Assembly: GCA_963775425.1 (NCBI GenBank)
Contig: CAVZJB010000017.1
Location: forward strand, 64,001 to 128,000
From: an uncultured delta proteobacterium
Lineage (GTDB): Bacteria; Myxococcota; UBA727; VGSZ01
Reading direction: 5' to 3'
DNA length: 64,000 nt
Under the pieces are notes generated by a model that was given only the letters and a program-made list of their open reading frames with translations, was not told the DNA's origin and made no database searches. Both the position numbers and the translations under genes were made by a program. This document shows positions 1 to 7,931 of the stretch, in pieces (position 1 is the stretch's first letter; each line of letters starts with the position of its first letter).

Positions 1-2
1 TC

Positions 3-149
3 AAGGCGCGCGTCGCCGGCGTCGAGGTGCAGGTGGTGACGCCGCGGTCGCCGCTCGGTGACGCGCTGATGGGCAAGCGCGCCGGCGACGTCGTGGAGCT
101 TCACGCGGGCGGGCGCGTACGCGAGCTCGAGATCGTCTCCGTCACGTGA
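3..149 (+). CDS. GreA/GreB-family transcription elongation factor, C-terminal fragment (5' partial)
   Basis: Frame-3 translation KARVAGVEVQVVTPRSPLGDALMGKRAGDVVELHAGGRVRELEIVSVT* carries the GreA/B C-terminal SPLGxALxGKxxGD motif; not in ORF track. Confidence 0.8.
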   Translation, partial: KARVAGVEVQVVTPRSPLGDALMGKRAGDVVELHAGGRVRELEIVSVT

Positions 150-358
150 GCGTGGCGCGCGAGCGCGGTCTCCCCCGAGCGCTCGGACACGTCACGGGGC
201 GCATCGCGAGCGACACTCTCTCCGAGAGCCGCGCGTCCGTGATCGCGAGCCGCATCCGCCGCCCACGTGTCGTGCGCCGCGCTCCCCACCGTTGAAACCG
301 AGCATGAAACGCCCCGGCCGCGCGGCCATTACAGGGCCCGGATCCATGGCGGCGCGCG

Positions 359-1354
359 TCACGCCGCGCCCGGCAGCGTCGACGGCAGGCCGAAGCGCGG
401 CGCGTCGAACGGCCCGACGAACGCGTGCAGCGCGGCGGCCAGGCCGTCGTCGGCGAGCGTGAGCACCGTGAGGCCCGCGGGGTGGTACGCGCCGTCGCCG
501 GCGCGGGCGTAGGTCGCGAACGCGGGGGCGCCGTTGGCCCGCGTGGGGACGCAGCGCACGTCGGCCATGAGCGGCGAGCGGAACAAGCCGTCGGCGAAGG
601 CGCGCACGGCGTCGCGCCCGCGGATCCACAGCGGCATCGGCGGCATCGAGAACGCGGCGTCCGCGCGCAAGAGCGCGGCGAGGGCGCCGGCGTCGTGGGA
701 CTCGAAGGCGCGCACGAACCTGTCGACGACGACGTCGCTCGCTTCCCGCGCCGTCGTCGTCGCGCGCTGCCCTGGCCCGCGGGCGCCCGCGGACGGCGCC
801 GACGCGAGCGTCTCTCGCGCGCGCTGCAGAGCGCTGTTCACCGCCGGCACCGTCATCTCCAGCGCCGCGGCCGTCTCCTCCGCCGAGTAACCCGCGACGT
901 CCTTGAGGATGAGCGCGCCTCGCTGCCGCGGCGGGAGCGTCTGCAGCGCCGCGAGGAACGCCAGGCGCACGCTCTCACGCGCGTCGATGACGGCCTCGGG
1001 CCCGGGCGCGTCGTCGACGAGGAGGTCGTCGGGGATGGGCTCGAGCCAGAGCGGCTCCGCCAACGGCGGCGGCGGCGGCGCGACGGGATCGCCGGGCTCG
1101 GTGGTCCACAGCGGCAGCGAGCGCGCCTTGCGCTTGTCGACGAGGTCGAGGCTCGTGCGCGTGGCGATGGTGTAGAGCCAGCGCCGGAACGAAGAGCGCC
1201 CCTCGAACGAGGCGAGCCCCTTCCACGCCCGCACCAGCGCCTCCTGCAACGCGTCGTCGGCGTCGGCGAGGGAGCCCGTGACGCGGTAGCAGTGCGCGAG
1301 CAGCTCGCGCCGATGGGGCTCGATGCGCGCCCGGAAGTCGGCCTGCGGATCCAC
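359..1354 (-). CDS. ECF sigma-70 factor with C-terminal SnoaL-like domain (SigG/ECF56-like)
   Basis: Region 2 (ELLAHCYRVTGSLADADDALQE...FEGRSSFRRWLYTIAT), WLEPIPD linker, region 4 (LPPRQR...AVNSALQRAR), SnoaL-like tail (MPP...W.RGRD, ANGAPA). Confidence 0.92.
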   Translation of the reverse strand: MDPQADFRARIEPHRRELLAHCYRVTGSLADADDALQEALVRAWKGLASFEGRSSFRRWLYTIATRTSLDLVDKRKARSLPLWTTEPGDPVAPPPPPLAEPLWLEPIPDDLLVDDAPGPEAVIDARESVRLAFLAALQTLPPRQRGALILKDVAGYSAEETAAALEMTVPAVNSALQRARETLASAPSAGARGPGQRATTTAREASDVVVDRFVRAFESHDAGALAALLRADAAFSMPPMPLWIRGRDAVRAFADGLFRSPLMADVRCVPTRANGAPAFATYARAGDGAYHPAGLTVLTLADDGLAAALHAFVGPFDAPRFGLPSTLPGAA

Positions 1355-1399
1355 GCCGCATCTGTCGCCGCCCCCGGGCGCGGCGTCAACCGGTGCGCG

Positions 1400-1425
1400 T
1401 CAGCGACCGGACGGAGCGGCCGCGC
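1400..1425. repeat. Dispersed short repeat, copy 1 (TCAGCGACCGGACGGAGCGGCCGCGC)
   Basis: 1 mismatch to the core of the unit at 12254-12313; enclosed by the inverted arms GTGCGCG/CGCGCAC; abuts the stop of 1427..2026. Confidence 0.7.
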
Positions 1426-1426
1426 A

Positions 1427-2026
1427 CTACGGCGACGACGCGTCGACGGAGGCGCTCGCGTTCAGCACCTCGTGGGCGTCGTGGCCGCAGATGGTGCCGG
1501 AGTATTCGATGTCGACGTTGCTCTTGAACTCGTCGCCGGGGGCCTGGCCGGCGGCGGCGTTGACGTGGCCGACGACGTCGATATCGCACGTGCCGTTGGT
1601 GTCGCCGGACGACGTCACCGAGCCCTGGTACACGGTGCGCACCGCGATGGCGGCGCCGGTGTCGCTCGAGCCGGCGTCGACGGCGGCGGCGTAGTGCAGC
1701 TCGCCGTCGAGGGTGTTGTCGTCGGGCTGGCAGGCGTCGTAGCGCACGTCGTAGCCGAAGAGCGCGTTGACCGTGTTCACCAGGGAGTCGTCGACGTCGA
1801 GCTTGGCCGTGAGCGAGGCCGTGCCGCTCTTTGCGCAGTCGACGTCGAAGTCGAAGCTCGCGGTGAGCGCCTGGGACTGCGACCCCGGCGACCCGGTCCT
1901 GCCGAGGCTCCTCTGCACGCTGCCCCAGAGCCTCTGGGTGCCGGCGTCGTCGACGCCGCAGCCGGCGCCGAGAGCGGTGGTGACGATGACGGCGGTGGCG
2001 AGCGAGAACATCACGGTGCGCTTCAT
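1427..2026 (-). CDS. Hypothetical lipoprotein
   Basis: ATG at 2026 preceded by GAGGAGG; MKRTVMFSLATAVIVTTALGAGC signal peptide with lipobox Cys; beta-rich, Cys-containing body. Confidence 0.75.
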   Translation of the reverse strand: MKRTVMFSLATAVIVTTALGAGCGVDDAGTQRLWGSVQRSLGRTGSPGSQSQALTASFDFDVDCAKSGTASLTAKLDVDDSLVNTVNALFGYDVRYDACQPDDNTLDGELHYAAAVDAGSSDTGAAIAVRTVYQGSVTSSGDTNGTCDIDVVGHVNAAAGQAPGDEFKSNVDIEYSGTICGHDAHEVLNASASVDASSP

Positions 2027-2163
2027 GGATCCCTCCTCGGGAGACCGGCGACCGTAGGCGCGCTCTGCGACGACGTGGGTCGGTCGATTGACGGATGGGG
2101 GCCGTGTGACCCGCGCACGCCGGTCGAGGTCCCACGGCGCAGGCCCCCGCGGCACCTACGCGC

Positions 2164-3225
2164 ATGAATACACCGCGCGTCTTTCTCGCCACGCTCGTCC
2201 TCCTCCCGCTCGCCGGCGCCTGCGGCCCGGGGCCGGCGCCGCGCGCCGACGGGCTCCTCCCGGTGGTCTCGAACGCCGAGATCGTCCTGATGGCGCCGAC
2301 CACCGACGACGTCGGGCCGCCCGGGGCCGACGCCCCGAGCGACCTCGTGGCGATGAACCTCGACGGGACGAACCGCACGCAGCTCACCCACGACGACGCG
2401 CTCGAATTCCTGCCGCACTTCTCGCCCGACGGGACGAAGGTGCTCTACACCAAGTTCGAGACGGGCACGTACGGGACGCAGCACGCCGTCACCGACGCCG
2501 CCGTCTACGACTTCGCCACCGACAGCGAGGCGCTGTTGACCAGCCGCGGCGACGTCATGCAGCCGGTGTGGTCGCCGGACGGGTCGACCATCGCCTTCGT
2601 GGTGCCGGGCGCCCCGCGCTCGGAGCTGTGGCTGATGGACGCCGACGGCGCGAGCCCGCGCCGCATCGCTGCGTCGACGGGCGCGGACGACGATCGGATC
2701 TGGGGCGACATCGCGTGGTCGAGCGACGATTGGATCCTCTTCGTCGTCGGCGAGCAGCCAGGCGGTCCGTGCTTCAAGGTGCGCATGGACAAGATCCGCC
2801 CCGACGGCACCGAGCGCACGCGCGTGACGGACGGCGGGCCGAGCTGCACCCCGGACGGCTTCGAGCAGTCCGGGGACGCCGACCCCGGCTTCTCCGCCGA
2901 CGGCGCGACGATCTACACGTCGCGCGGCCTGCCGCAGCCGCCCGCCGGCGGCGCGGCGCCGATGACGGAGCGGAAGCTCATCGCGCTGTCGAGCGATCCG
3001 TGGACGCCGCAGAAGGTGGAGACCGACCTGAGCCTGCCTTCGGAGCCCGACTGCATCGAGGGCGTGCCGAAGGGCTCTCCCGACGGCGCGCGCATCCTCG
3101 AGCTCCGCGCGTGCTTCGACCGCCCCGGCTTCGACGCGGGCGTCTACGTCGCCCCCGCCGACGGCGCGACGCGGACGTTCGTGGCGCACGGCTTCGGCGC
3201 CGACTGGAACCCCGCCGCGCCCTGA
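2164..3225 (+). CDS. TolB-like (PD40-repeat) beta-propeller lipoprotein
   Basis: Signal peptide with LAGAC lipobox; repeated PxFSPDG/PxWSPDG motifs. Confidence 0.85.
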   Translation: MNTPRVFLATLVLLPLAGACGPGPAPRADGLLPVVSNAEIVLMAPTTDDVGPPGADAPSDLVAMNLDGTNRTQLTHDDALEFLPHFSPDGTKVLYTKFETGTYGTQHAVTDAAVYDFATDSEALLTSRGDVMQPVWSPDGSTIAFVVPGAPRSELWLMDADGASPRRIAASTGADDDRIWGDIAWSSDDWILFVVGEQPGGPCFKVRMDKIRPDGTERTRVTDGGPSCTPDGFEQSGDADPGFSADGATIYTSRGLPQPPAGGAAPMTERKLIALSSDPWTPQKVETDLSLPSEPDCIEGVPKGSPDGARILELRACFDRPGFDAGVYVAPADGATRTFVAHGFGADWNPAAP

Positions 3226-3257
3226 ACACGGCGCGCAATCCGGCCACGGCGACGCGC

Positions 3258-3330
3258 AGACATTCGCGGCGGGGCACGACGTCGTCGTCGACGACAAACA
3301 TCGTGCCGCCGTGAACGTCGTCACGCCGCT
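3258..3330. repeat. 73-bp palindromic direct repeat, copy A
   Basis: 66/73 identical to 3649-3721 by hand alignment; internal inverted arms GACATTCGCGGCGG...CCGCCGTGAACGTC. Confidence 0.85.
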
Positions 3331-3416
3331 GAGCTCAAAGGGTGACGCGCAACGTGATCCGTCGGCGCCGGCGCCTCGGCGCGGCACGGGCAGTCCATTC
3401 GCGACGTCGGCGACGA

Positions 3417-3482
3417 CCCGGCGGGGCTTCACGTCGGCTGCGTCGACGCCCCGGCGGGGCTTGACGTCGGCTGCGTCGACGC
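3417..3482. repeat. 33-bp tandem repeat x2
   Basis: CCCGGCGGGGCTT(C/G)ACGTCGGCTGCGTCGACGC at 3417-3449 and 3450-3482, 1 mismatch. Confidence 0.85.
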
Positions 3483-3485
3483 CCC

Positions 3486-3573
3486 GTAGGGCGGGGGCTT
3501 GTCCCCCGTGTCGGAAGGCCAGGCGCGGACGTCGCCGGTGCCGTCCGACGCGCCCCATAAGGGGGCGCCCTAC
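3486..3573. repeat. Inverted pair of GTAG-type REP-like hairpins (REPIN-like)
   Basis: + strand GTAGGG-CGGGGG-CTTGT-CCCCCG (3486-3508); - strand GTAGG-GCGCCCC-CTTAT-GGGGCGC starting at 3573. Confidence 0.7.
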
Positions 3574-3648
3574 GTGCCGATGCCTGGCGCCTCGACGACG
3601 GCGGCGGCCGTCGCCCCGATGCGGGAAGGCGCCGCAGGCGCGCGGCGT

Positions 3649-3721
3649 AGACATTCGCGGCGGGGCACGACGTCGTCGTCAGCGACGAACGCCGTCCCGC
3701 CGTGAATGTCGTCACGCCGCT
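3649..3721. repeat. 73-bp palindromic direct repeat, copy B
   Basis: Partner of 3258-3330; arms GACATTC/GAATGTC perfectly complementary. Confidence 0.85.
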
Positions 3722-3725
3722 CAAA

Positions 3726-4625
3726 TCAGTTGAAGGCGTAGCACTCGCCGTCGCCGGTGGACGGGTCGTAGCCGCAGAAGATGCCGTGGTCGCTGCCGCT
3801 CTCGTTGTCGATGGTGAAGACGAGCGGATAGTCAGACGTAAGACCGTCGGGATCGTCCTCGCCCTTCAACAGGGCGCGCATGGGCAACCAGGCGGCGCGG
3901 GCGTCGCGGATCTCCTGGGTGGAGGAGCCCCAGTCGCGCATGTCGGGCTTGAAGTCGCTGTCGAAGAATTCGAGCGCCTTCTGCTTCACCGCCCGGTAGG
4001 TGGCGTCGGAGAACGGCGCAGGCGCCACGATGGTGCGCCCGTCGATGGTCTTCACGAAGGCGTCGCCGGAGAAGACGTTGCTGTCGATCTTGAGCTTGAA
4101 GCCGCCCTCCGCGGCGCTGACGTCCTTCAGCTCGACGCGCGCGGCGCGGGCGAGCCCGAAGTCGTTCACGAGGGTGTCCATCACCGCGGCCTTCTCCGCG
4201 TCCGGCAGCGCCGACGGCGACGGCGGCGACGGCGGGACCTTGCCGTCGAGGACGATGCGCTTGCCGGTGATGAGCTCGTAGGCCTTGGCGGCGCGCTGGG
4301 CGGTCTCCCCGTCGACGCCCTGGAGCCGCTTGATCTCGTCCCGCGACAGGAGCGCCTTGCCCGCGCCCGTGGTCTGGTTGATGCGCGCGATGTTGCGCTT
4401 GACGACCTCGAGCGCGGCGTCGGCGGCCTCCTTGGGCACCACGTGCTTGCCGGAGCCGCTGCGCATCCGCACCGCCTCGTCCCCCTCCTTGAGGAGGGCG
4501 GAGTCCAGGTTCTTGGCCTCCGCCTTGGACAGGAACGCGTCGCCGGCGGCGGTCTTGGCGTCCTTGAGGAGGCCTGCCGAAATGGTCGTGAGGACGGTGT
4601 CGAGACGGGCGCGTGTGGTCGTCAT
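3726..4625 (-). CDS. Hypothetical protein
   Basis: Clean ORF with typical codon usage (MTTTRARLDTVL...ECYAFN); internal repeats LSKAEAKNL / LSRDEIKRL; no recognisable family. Confidence 0.75.
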   Translation of the reverse strand: MTTTRARLDTVLTTISAGLLKDAKTAAGDAFLSKAEAKNLDSALLKEGDEAVRMRSGSGKHVVPKEAADAALEVVKRNIARINQTTGAGKALLSRDEIKRLQGVDGETAQRAAKAYELITGKRIVLDGKVPPSPPSPSALPDAEKAAVMDTLVNDFGLARAARVELKDVSAAEGGFKLKIDSNVFSGDAFVKTIDGRTIVAPAPFSDATYRAVKQKALEFFDSDFKPDMRDWGSSTQEIRDARAAWLPMRALLKGEDDPDGLTSDYPLVFTIDNESGSDHGIFCGYDPSTGDGECYAFN

Positions 4626-4706
4626 GGGCGGTGTATCGGGCAATCCCGCGGCGAAGGTGCGAGATGTAGGACACAGGACCGAGACGGCCGACTATGCTGC
4701 GCCGCC

Positions 4707-6248
4707 ATGAAGATCCTCCTCGTCCAGCCGGCCCCGTTCGAGCCGGGCCGGCTCGGCCTCGAAAACGCATGTTGGCTGTCAGAGCCCGCCGCGCTCACGT
4801 CTCTCGCGGCCATGGTGCCCGAGCATGCGTGCGTCATCCTCGACATGCGCCTCGAGGAGGACGGGGCGTTCAACCGCACGCTCCTCGAATTCCGCCCGGA
4901 CGTGGTGGCGGCGACCTCGATGACCACCGACTGCTACCAGGCCAAGGCGCTGCTCGCCTGCGCCAAGGGCACGCTCGGCGACGGCGTGTTCACCATCGTC
5001 GGCGGCCACCACCCCACGCTCGCGCCCGCCGACTTCGAGGACGCGTGCGTCGACGCCATCTGCCTCGGCGAGGGCGAGGACACCTTCAAGGAGCTGGTGG
5101 ACCACCTCGCCGCGGGCCGCCCGCGGGACGCCCTCGACGACGTCGCCGGCCTGCGCTTCTTCGGCGCCGACGGCGCGTGGCGCACGACGCACAAGCGCGC
5201 CCAGTCCCGCGACCTCGACTCCTTCCCGCTCCCGCGCCGCGACCTCATCGCCAAGTACAGCGGCAGCTACTTCTTCATGAACGCGCGCCCCATGGCGTCG
5301 CTGTCGACGTCGCGCGGCTGCAGCTACGACTGCAACTTCTGTGCGATCTGGGAGTTCTACGAGAAGAAGACGCGCTTCCTCTCGGCCAGCAGGACGTGCG
5401 ATGCCCTCGAGACCATCGACGAGCCGTTCGTCATGTTCCTCGACGACAACTTCCTCACGCACCGCACGCGGCTCCTCGACTTGTGCGACGAGATCGAGCG
5501 GCGCGGCATCAAGAAGCTCTGGGGCACGCAAGGCCGCACCGACTTCGTCGTCAAGAACCCCGACGTGATGGCGCGCCTGCGCAAGGCGGGGCTCACGCTG
5601 CTCATCTCGGGCTACGAGACCAACGACGACCAGGGCCTCGCCGCGCTCAAGAAGGGAAACGCCGGCGACACCAACAAGTTGGCAGCCAAGATCCTGGGCG
5701 ACCTCGGCGTGCTGCAGTTCGGCATCTTCATGGTGCGGCCGGACTTCAGCCATGCGGACTTCGACTTCATGTACCGCTCCATCGATGAGATGGGCATCTG
5801 CTTCCCCATCGTCACGGTGCACACGCCCCTGCCCGGCACCCAGCTCCGGCGCGCGCTGCAAGACGAGCTGTTGACCGAGGACGTGCGGCTCTTCAATCTG
5901 CTCCACGCGGTGCGCCCGACGAGGCTGCCGCGCCGCGAGTTCTACCACCGGCTCACGGAGACCTACCGCCGGCCATGGCTGAGCAAGGCCACGCTCAAGA
6001 CGCTGCTGCGGCGGCCGGACTTCCTGCGCCTGGCGCTGCCGGCCACCATCAAGTGGGCCAAGATGATCGCCGCCTATCACCCCGTGATGACGTCGGCGGA
6101 GAGCCACCTGCGCGACGAGATCGGCATCATCCCGGAGGACCTCGTCGCGGACAACGCGCCCGAGCGCGCGCGCGACGACGCCCCGCTGCGCCGGCGTGGA
6201 GCGCTGCCGATCGTCGACGCCGTCGATGTCAGGGGGGCCGCCGAATGA
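4707..6248 (+). CDS. Cobalamin-dependent radical SAM enzyme (HpnR-like architecture)
   Basis: Start MKILLVQP; B12-binding domain (GGHHPT...GEGE); RGCSYDCNFC CxxxCxxC; FLDDNF; TPLPGT. True start is ATG 4707, not 3702. Confidence 0.9.
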   Translation: MKILLVQPAPFEPGRLGLENACWLSEPAALTSLAAMVPEHACVILDMRLEEDGAFNRTLLEFRPDVVAATSMTTDCYQAKALLACAKGTLGDGVFTIVGGHHPTLAPADFEDACVDAICLGEGEDTFKELVDHLAAGRPRDALDDVAGLRFFGADGAWRTTHKRAQSRDLDSFPLPRRDLIAKYSGSYFFMNARPMASLSTSRGCSYDCNFCAIWEFYEKKTRFLSASRTCDALETIDEPFVMFLDDNFLTHRTRLLDLCDEIERRGIKKLWGTQGRTDFVVKNPDVMARLRKAGLTLLISGYETNDDQGLAALKKGNAGDTNKLAAKILGDLGVLQFGIFMVRPDFSHADFDFMYRSIDEMGICFPIVTVHTPLPGTQLRRALQDELLTEDVRLFNLLHAVRPTRLPRREFYHRLTETYRRPWLSKATLKTLLRRPDFLRLALPATIKWAKMIAAYHPVMTSAESHLRDEIGIIPEDLVADNAPERARDDAPLRRRGALPIVDAVDVRGAAE

Positions 6249-7021
6249 ACGCCGCCGACTTCCTCGCCGCCCTCCGCAACGAGGTGGAGAGCCACCCGGC
6301 CGTCAACCACATGTTCCTCTGCCGGCTCGCGCACGTGCCCTTCACGCGCGAGGACTATCTGGTGACGGGGCAGCAGCACTACCCGCTCGTCGGGACGTTC
6401 ACGCGTTACCTCGAGGAGCTCTTGCTGCGGGCGCCGTCGTCGGAGGCCAAGAGCTGGATCGCCAAGGTGCTCGTCGACGAATACGGCGAGGGCTCCGAGG
6501 GCAAGGACCACCGCACGCTGTACCGCGAGTACCTCGTGGCCGCCGGCCTGCGCGGCGACACCGAGATGGACATCACGCTGCACCCGGACGTGCCCGGGTT
6601 CATCCTCGAGCACCTGCGCATCTGCCGAGAGGAGCCGTTCCTCGTCGGGCTCGGGGCCGTGGGCCCCGGCCACGAGTGGACCATCCCCAAGATGTTCCCG
6701 CCCATCATCAAGGGCCTGCGGCGCGCGGGCTTCCGCGAGGAAGAGATCCGGTACTTCACGCTGCACACGCTGCAGGACGTCGACCACGGCCGTTGGCTCG
6801 AGGAGGCGCTCCTGACGTTCGCGACGACGGCGGACGCGCGCGCAGAGATCCGCCGGGGCGCGTTGCTGTCGTTGGCGGCGCGCGAGCGCTTCTGGTCCGG
6901 CGTGCAGGACAAGGTCACGCGCTGGCGCCAACCGAACAACGCCCACATCCGGCCCCAGGCGCGCAAGGACATCCGCGCCGACATCACCCTCCGCGCGCTC
7001 CGGGATCGGATCGCCGTGTGA
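6245..7021 (+). CDS. Heme-oxygenase-like diiron oxidase (iron-containing redox enzyme, PqqC/CADD-like)
   Basis: ATGA overlap with the upstream stop; ligand pattern DEYG...DH, GHE, YFTLHTLQDVDH (E-H-E-H-D-H set). Confidence 0.85.
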   Translation: MNAADFLAALRNEVESHPAVNHMFLCRLAHVPFTREDYLVTGQQHYPLVGTFTRYLEELLLRAPSSEAKSWIAKVLVDEYGEGSEGKDHRTLYREYLVAAGLRGDTEMDITLHPDVPGFILEHLRICREEPFLVGLGAVGPGHEWTIPKMFPPIIKGLRRAGFREEEIRYFTLHTLQDVDHGRWLEEALLTFATTADARAEIRRGALLSLAARERFWSGVQDKVTRWRQPNNAHIRPQARKDIRADITLRALRDRIAV

Positions 7022-7070
7022 GGCGCCGTGACGTCATCCGGGGCGCCCCCGGCGTCGTCGCCGGTGACGC

Positions 7071-7931
7071 TTGAAGAGGCGCGACGTGCTCCAGGGCGCC
7101 GCGGGTGTCGTCGTCGCTGCCGCGGCAGGCTGCGCGACGACGACGTCAACCGCCGCGGCGCGAGGAGGCCGCGACGACGTCCCGGTGCGGCGGGAGCGCG
7201 AGCCGCGCGACGGCGTGGTGCACATCGGCAACTCCACGCACCTCATCGTCCTCGACGGGCTGCACATCCTCACGGACCCGTGGGTGCGAGACCCGGCCGA
7301 CGCCGTCCTCCTGCATCGGGTCCCCGCCGCGCCGCTCCCGATCCACCCCGACGTCGTCCTCGTCACCCACGAGCACGAGGATCACTTCGACGAGGCGGCG
7401 CTCGCGCTCGTCGACAAAGGCGCCACCGTGGTGCTCCCCTCGTGGCTCGAGGCGCGCGCCCGCGCGCTCGGGTTCACCGACGTGCGCGGTATGAACCCGG
7501 GTGACGTCGCCGCCGACGTCCGCGGCCTGAAGCTCGAGGCCGTGCGCGCGCTCCACGACGTCGACGAGGTCGCGTTCCGCTTCGAGCGCGCCGGCCGCGC
7601 CGTCTTCTTCGGTGGCGACACCCTCCCCACGCGCGAGATCCTCGAGCTCGCCATTCGCGCGCCCGTCGACCTCGCCGTCCTCCCCGGCGACGGCGGCGCG
7701 CTCCTCGGCGAGCGCTGGGTGATGAGCCCCGCCGAGGCCGTGCGTATGGCCGAAGAATTCTCCGTGCGCGCGCCGGGCCGGGGGGCGCTGCTCACGCACC
7801 ACGAGTGCAGCGTGTCGTTCCCCTGGGGCGCCATCGTCGACGTCAAACCGCCCAACCCTGCCGACTTCCCGCCCTGGTTCCACATCCCCGTCCCCGGCGA
7901 GCGGGTGCCGTTTCCATGGAGCACTGCATGA
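7071..7931 (+). CDS. MBL-fold metallohydrolase, predicted Tat-exported lipoprotein
   Basis: TTG start; KRRDVL twin-arginine motif, AAAGC lipobox; ILTDPW, THEHEDH (HxHxDH), FFGGDT. Confidence 0.85.
   Translation: MKRRDVLQGAAGVVVAAAAGCATTTSTAAARGGRDDVPVRREREPRDGVVHIGNSTHLIVLDGLHILTDPWVRDPADAVLLHRVPAAPLPIHPDVVLVTHEHEDHFDEAALALVDKGATVVLPSWLEARARALGFTDVRGMNPGDVAADVRGLKLEAVRALHDVDEVAFRFERAGRAVFFGGDTLPTREILELAIRAPVDLAVLPGDGGALLGERWVMSPAEAVRMAEEFSVRAPGRGALLTHHECSVSFPWGAIVDVKPPNPADFPPWFHIPVPGERVPFPWSTA

Noticed and set aside
150-358. Possible ncRNA or small ORF between convergent genes
   Set aside because: No recognisable RNA motif, RBS or protein-like composition.
3417-3482. CRISPR-like interpretation of the 33-bp repeats
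   Set aside because: Direct tandem copies with no spacers and no cas genes.
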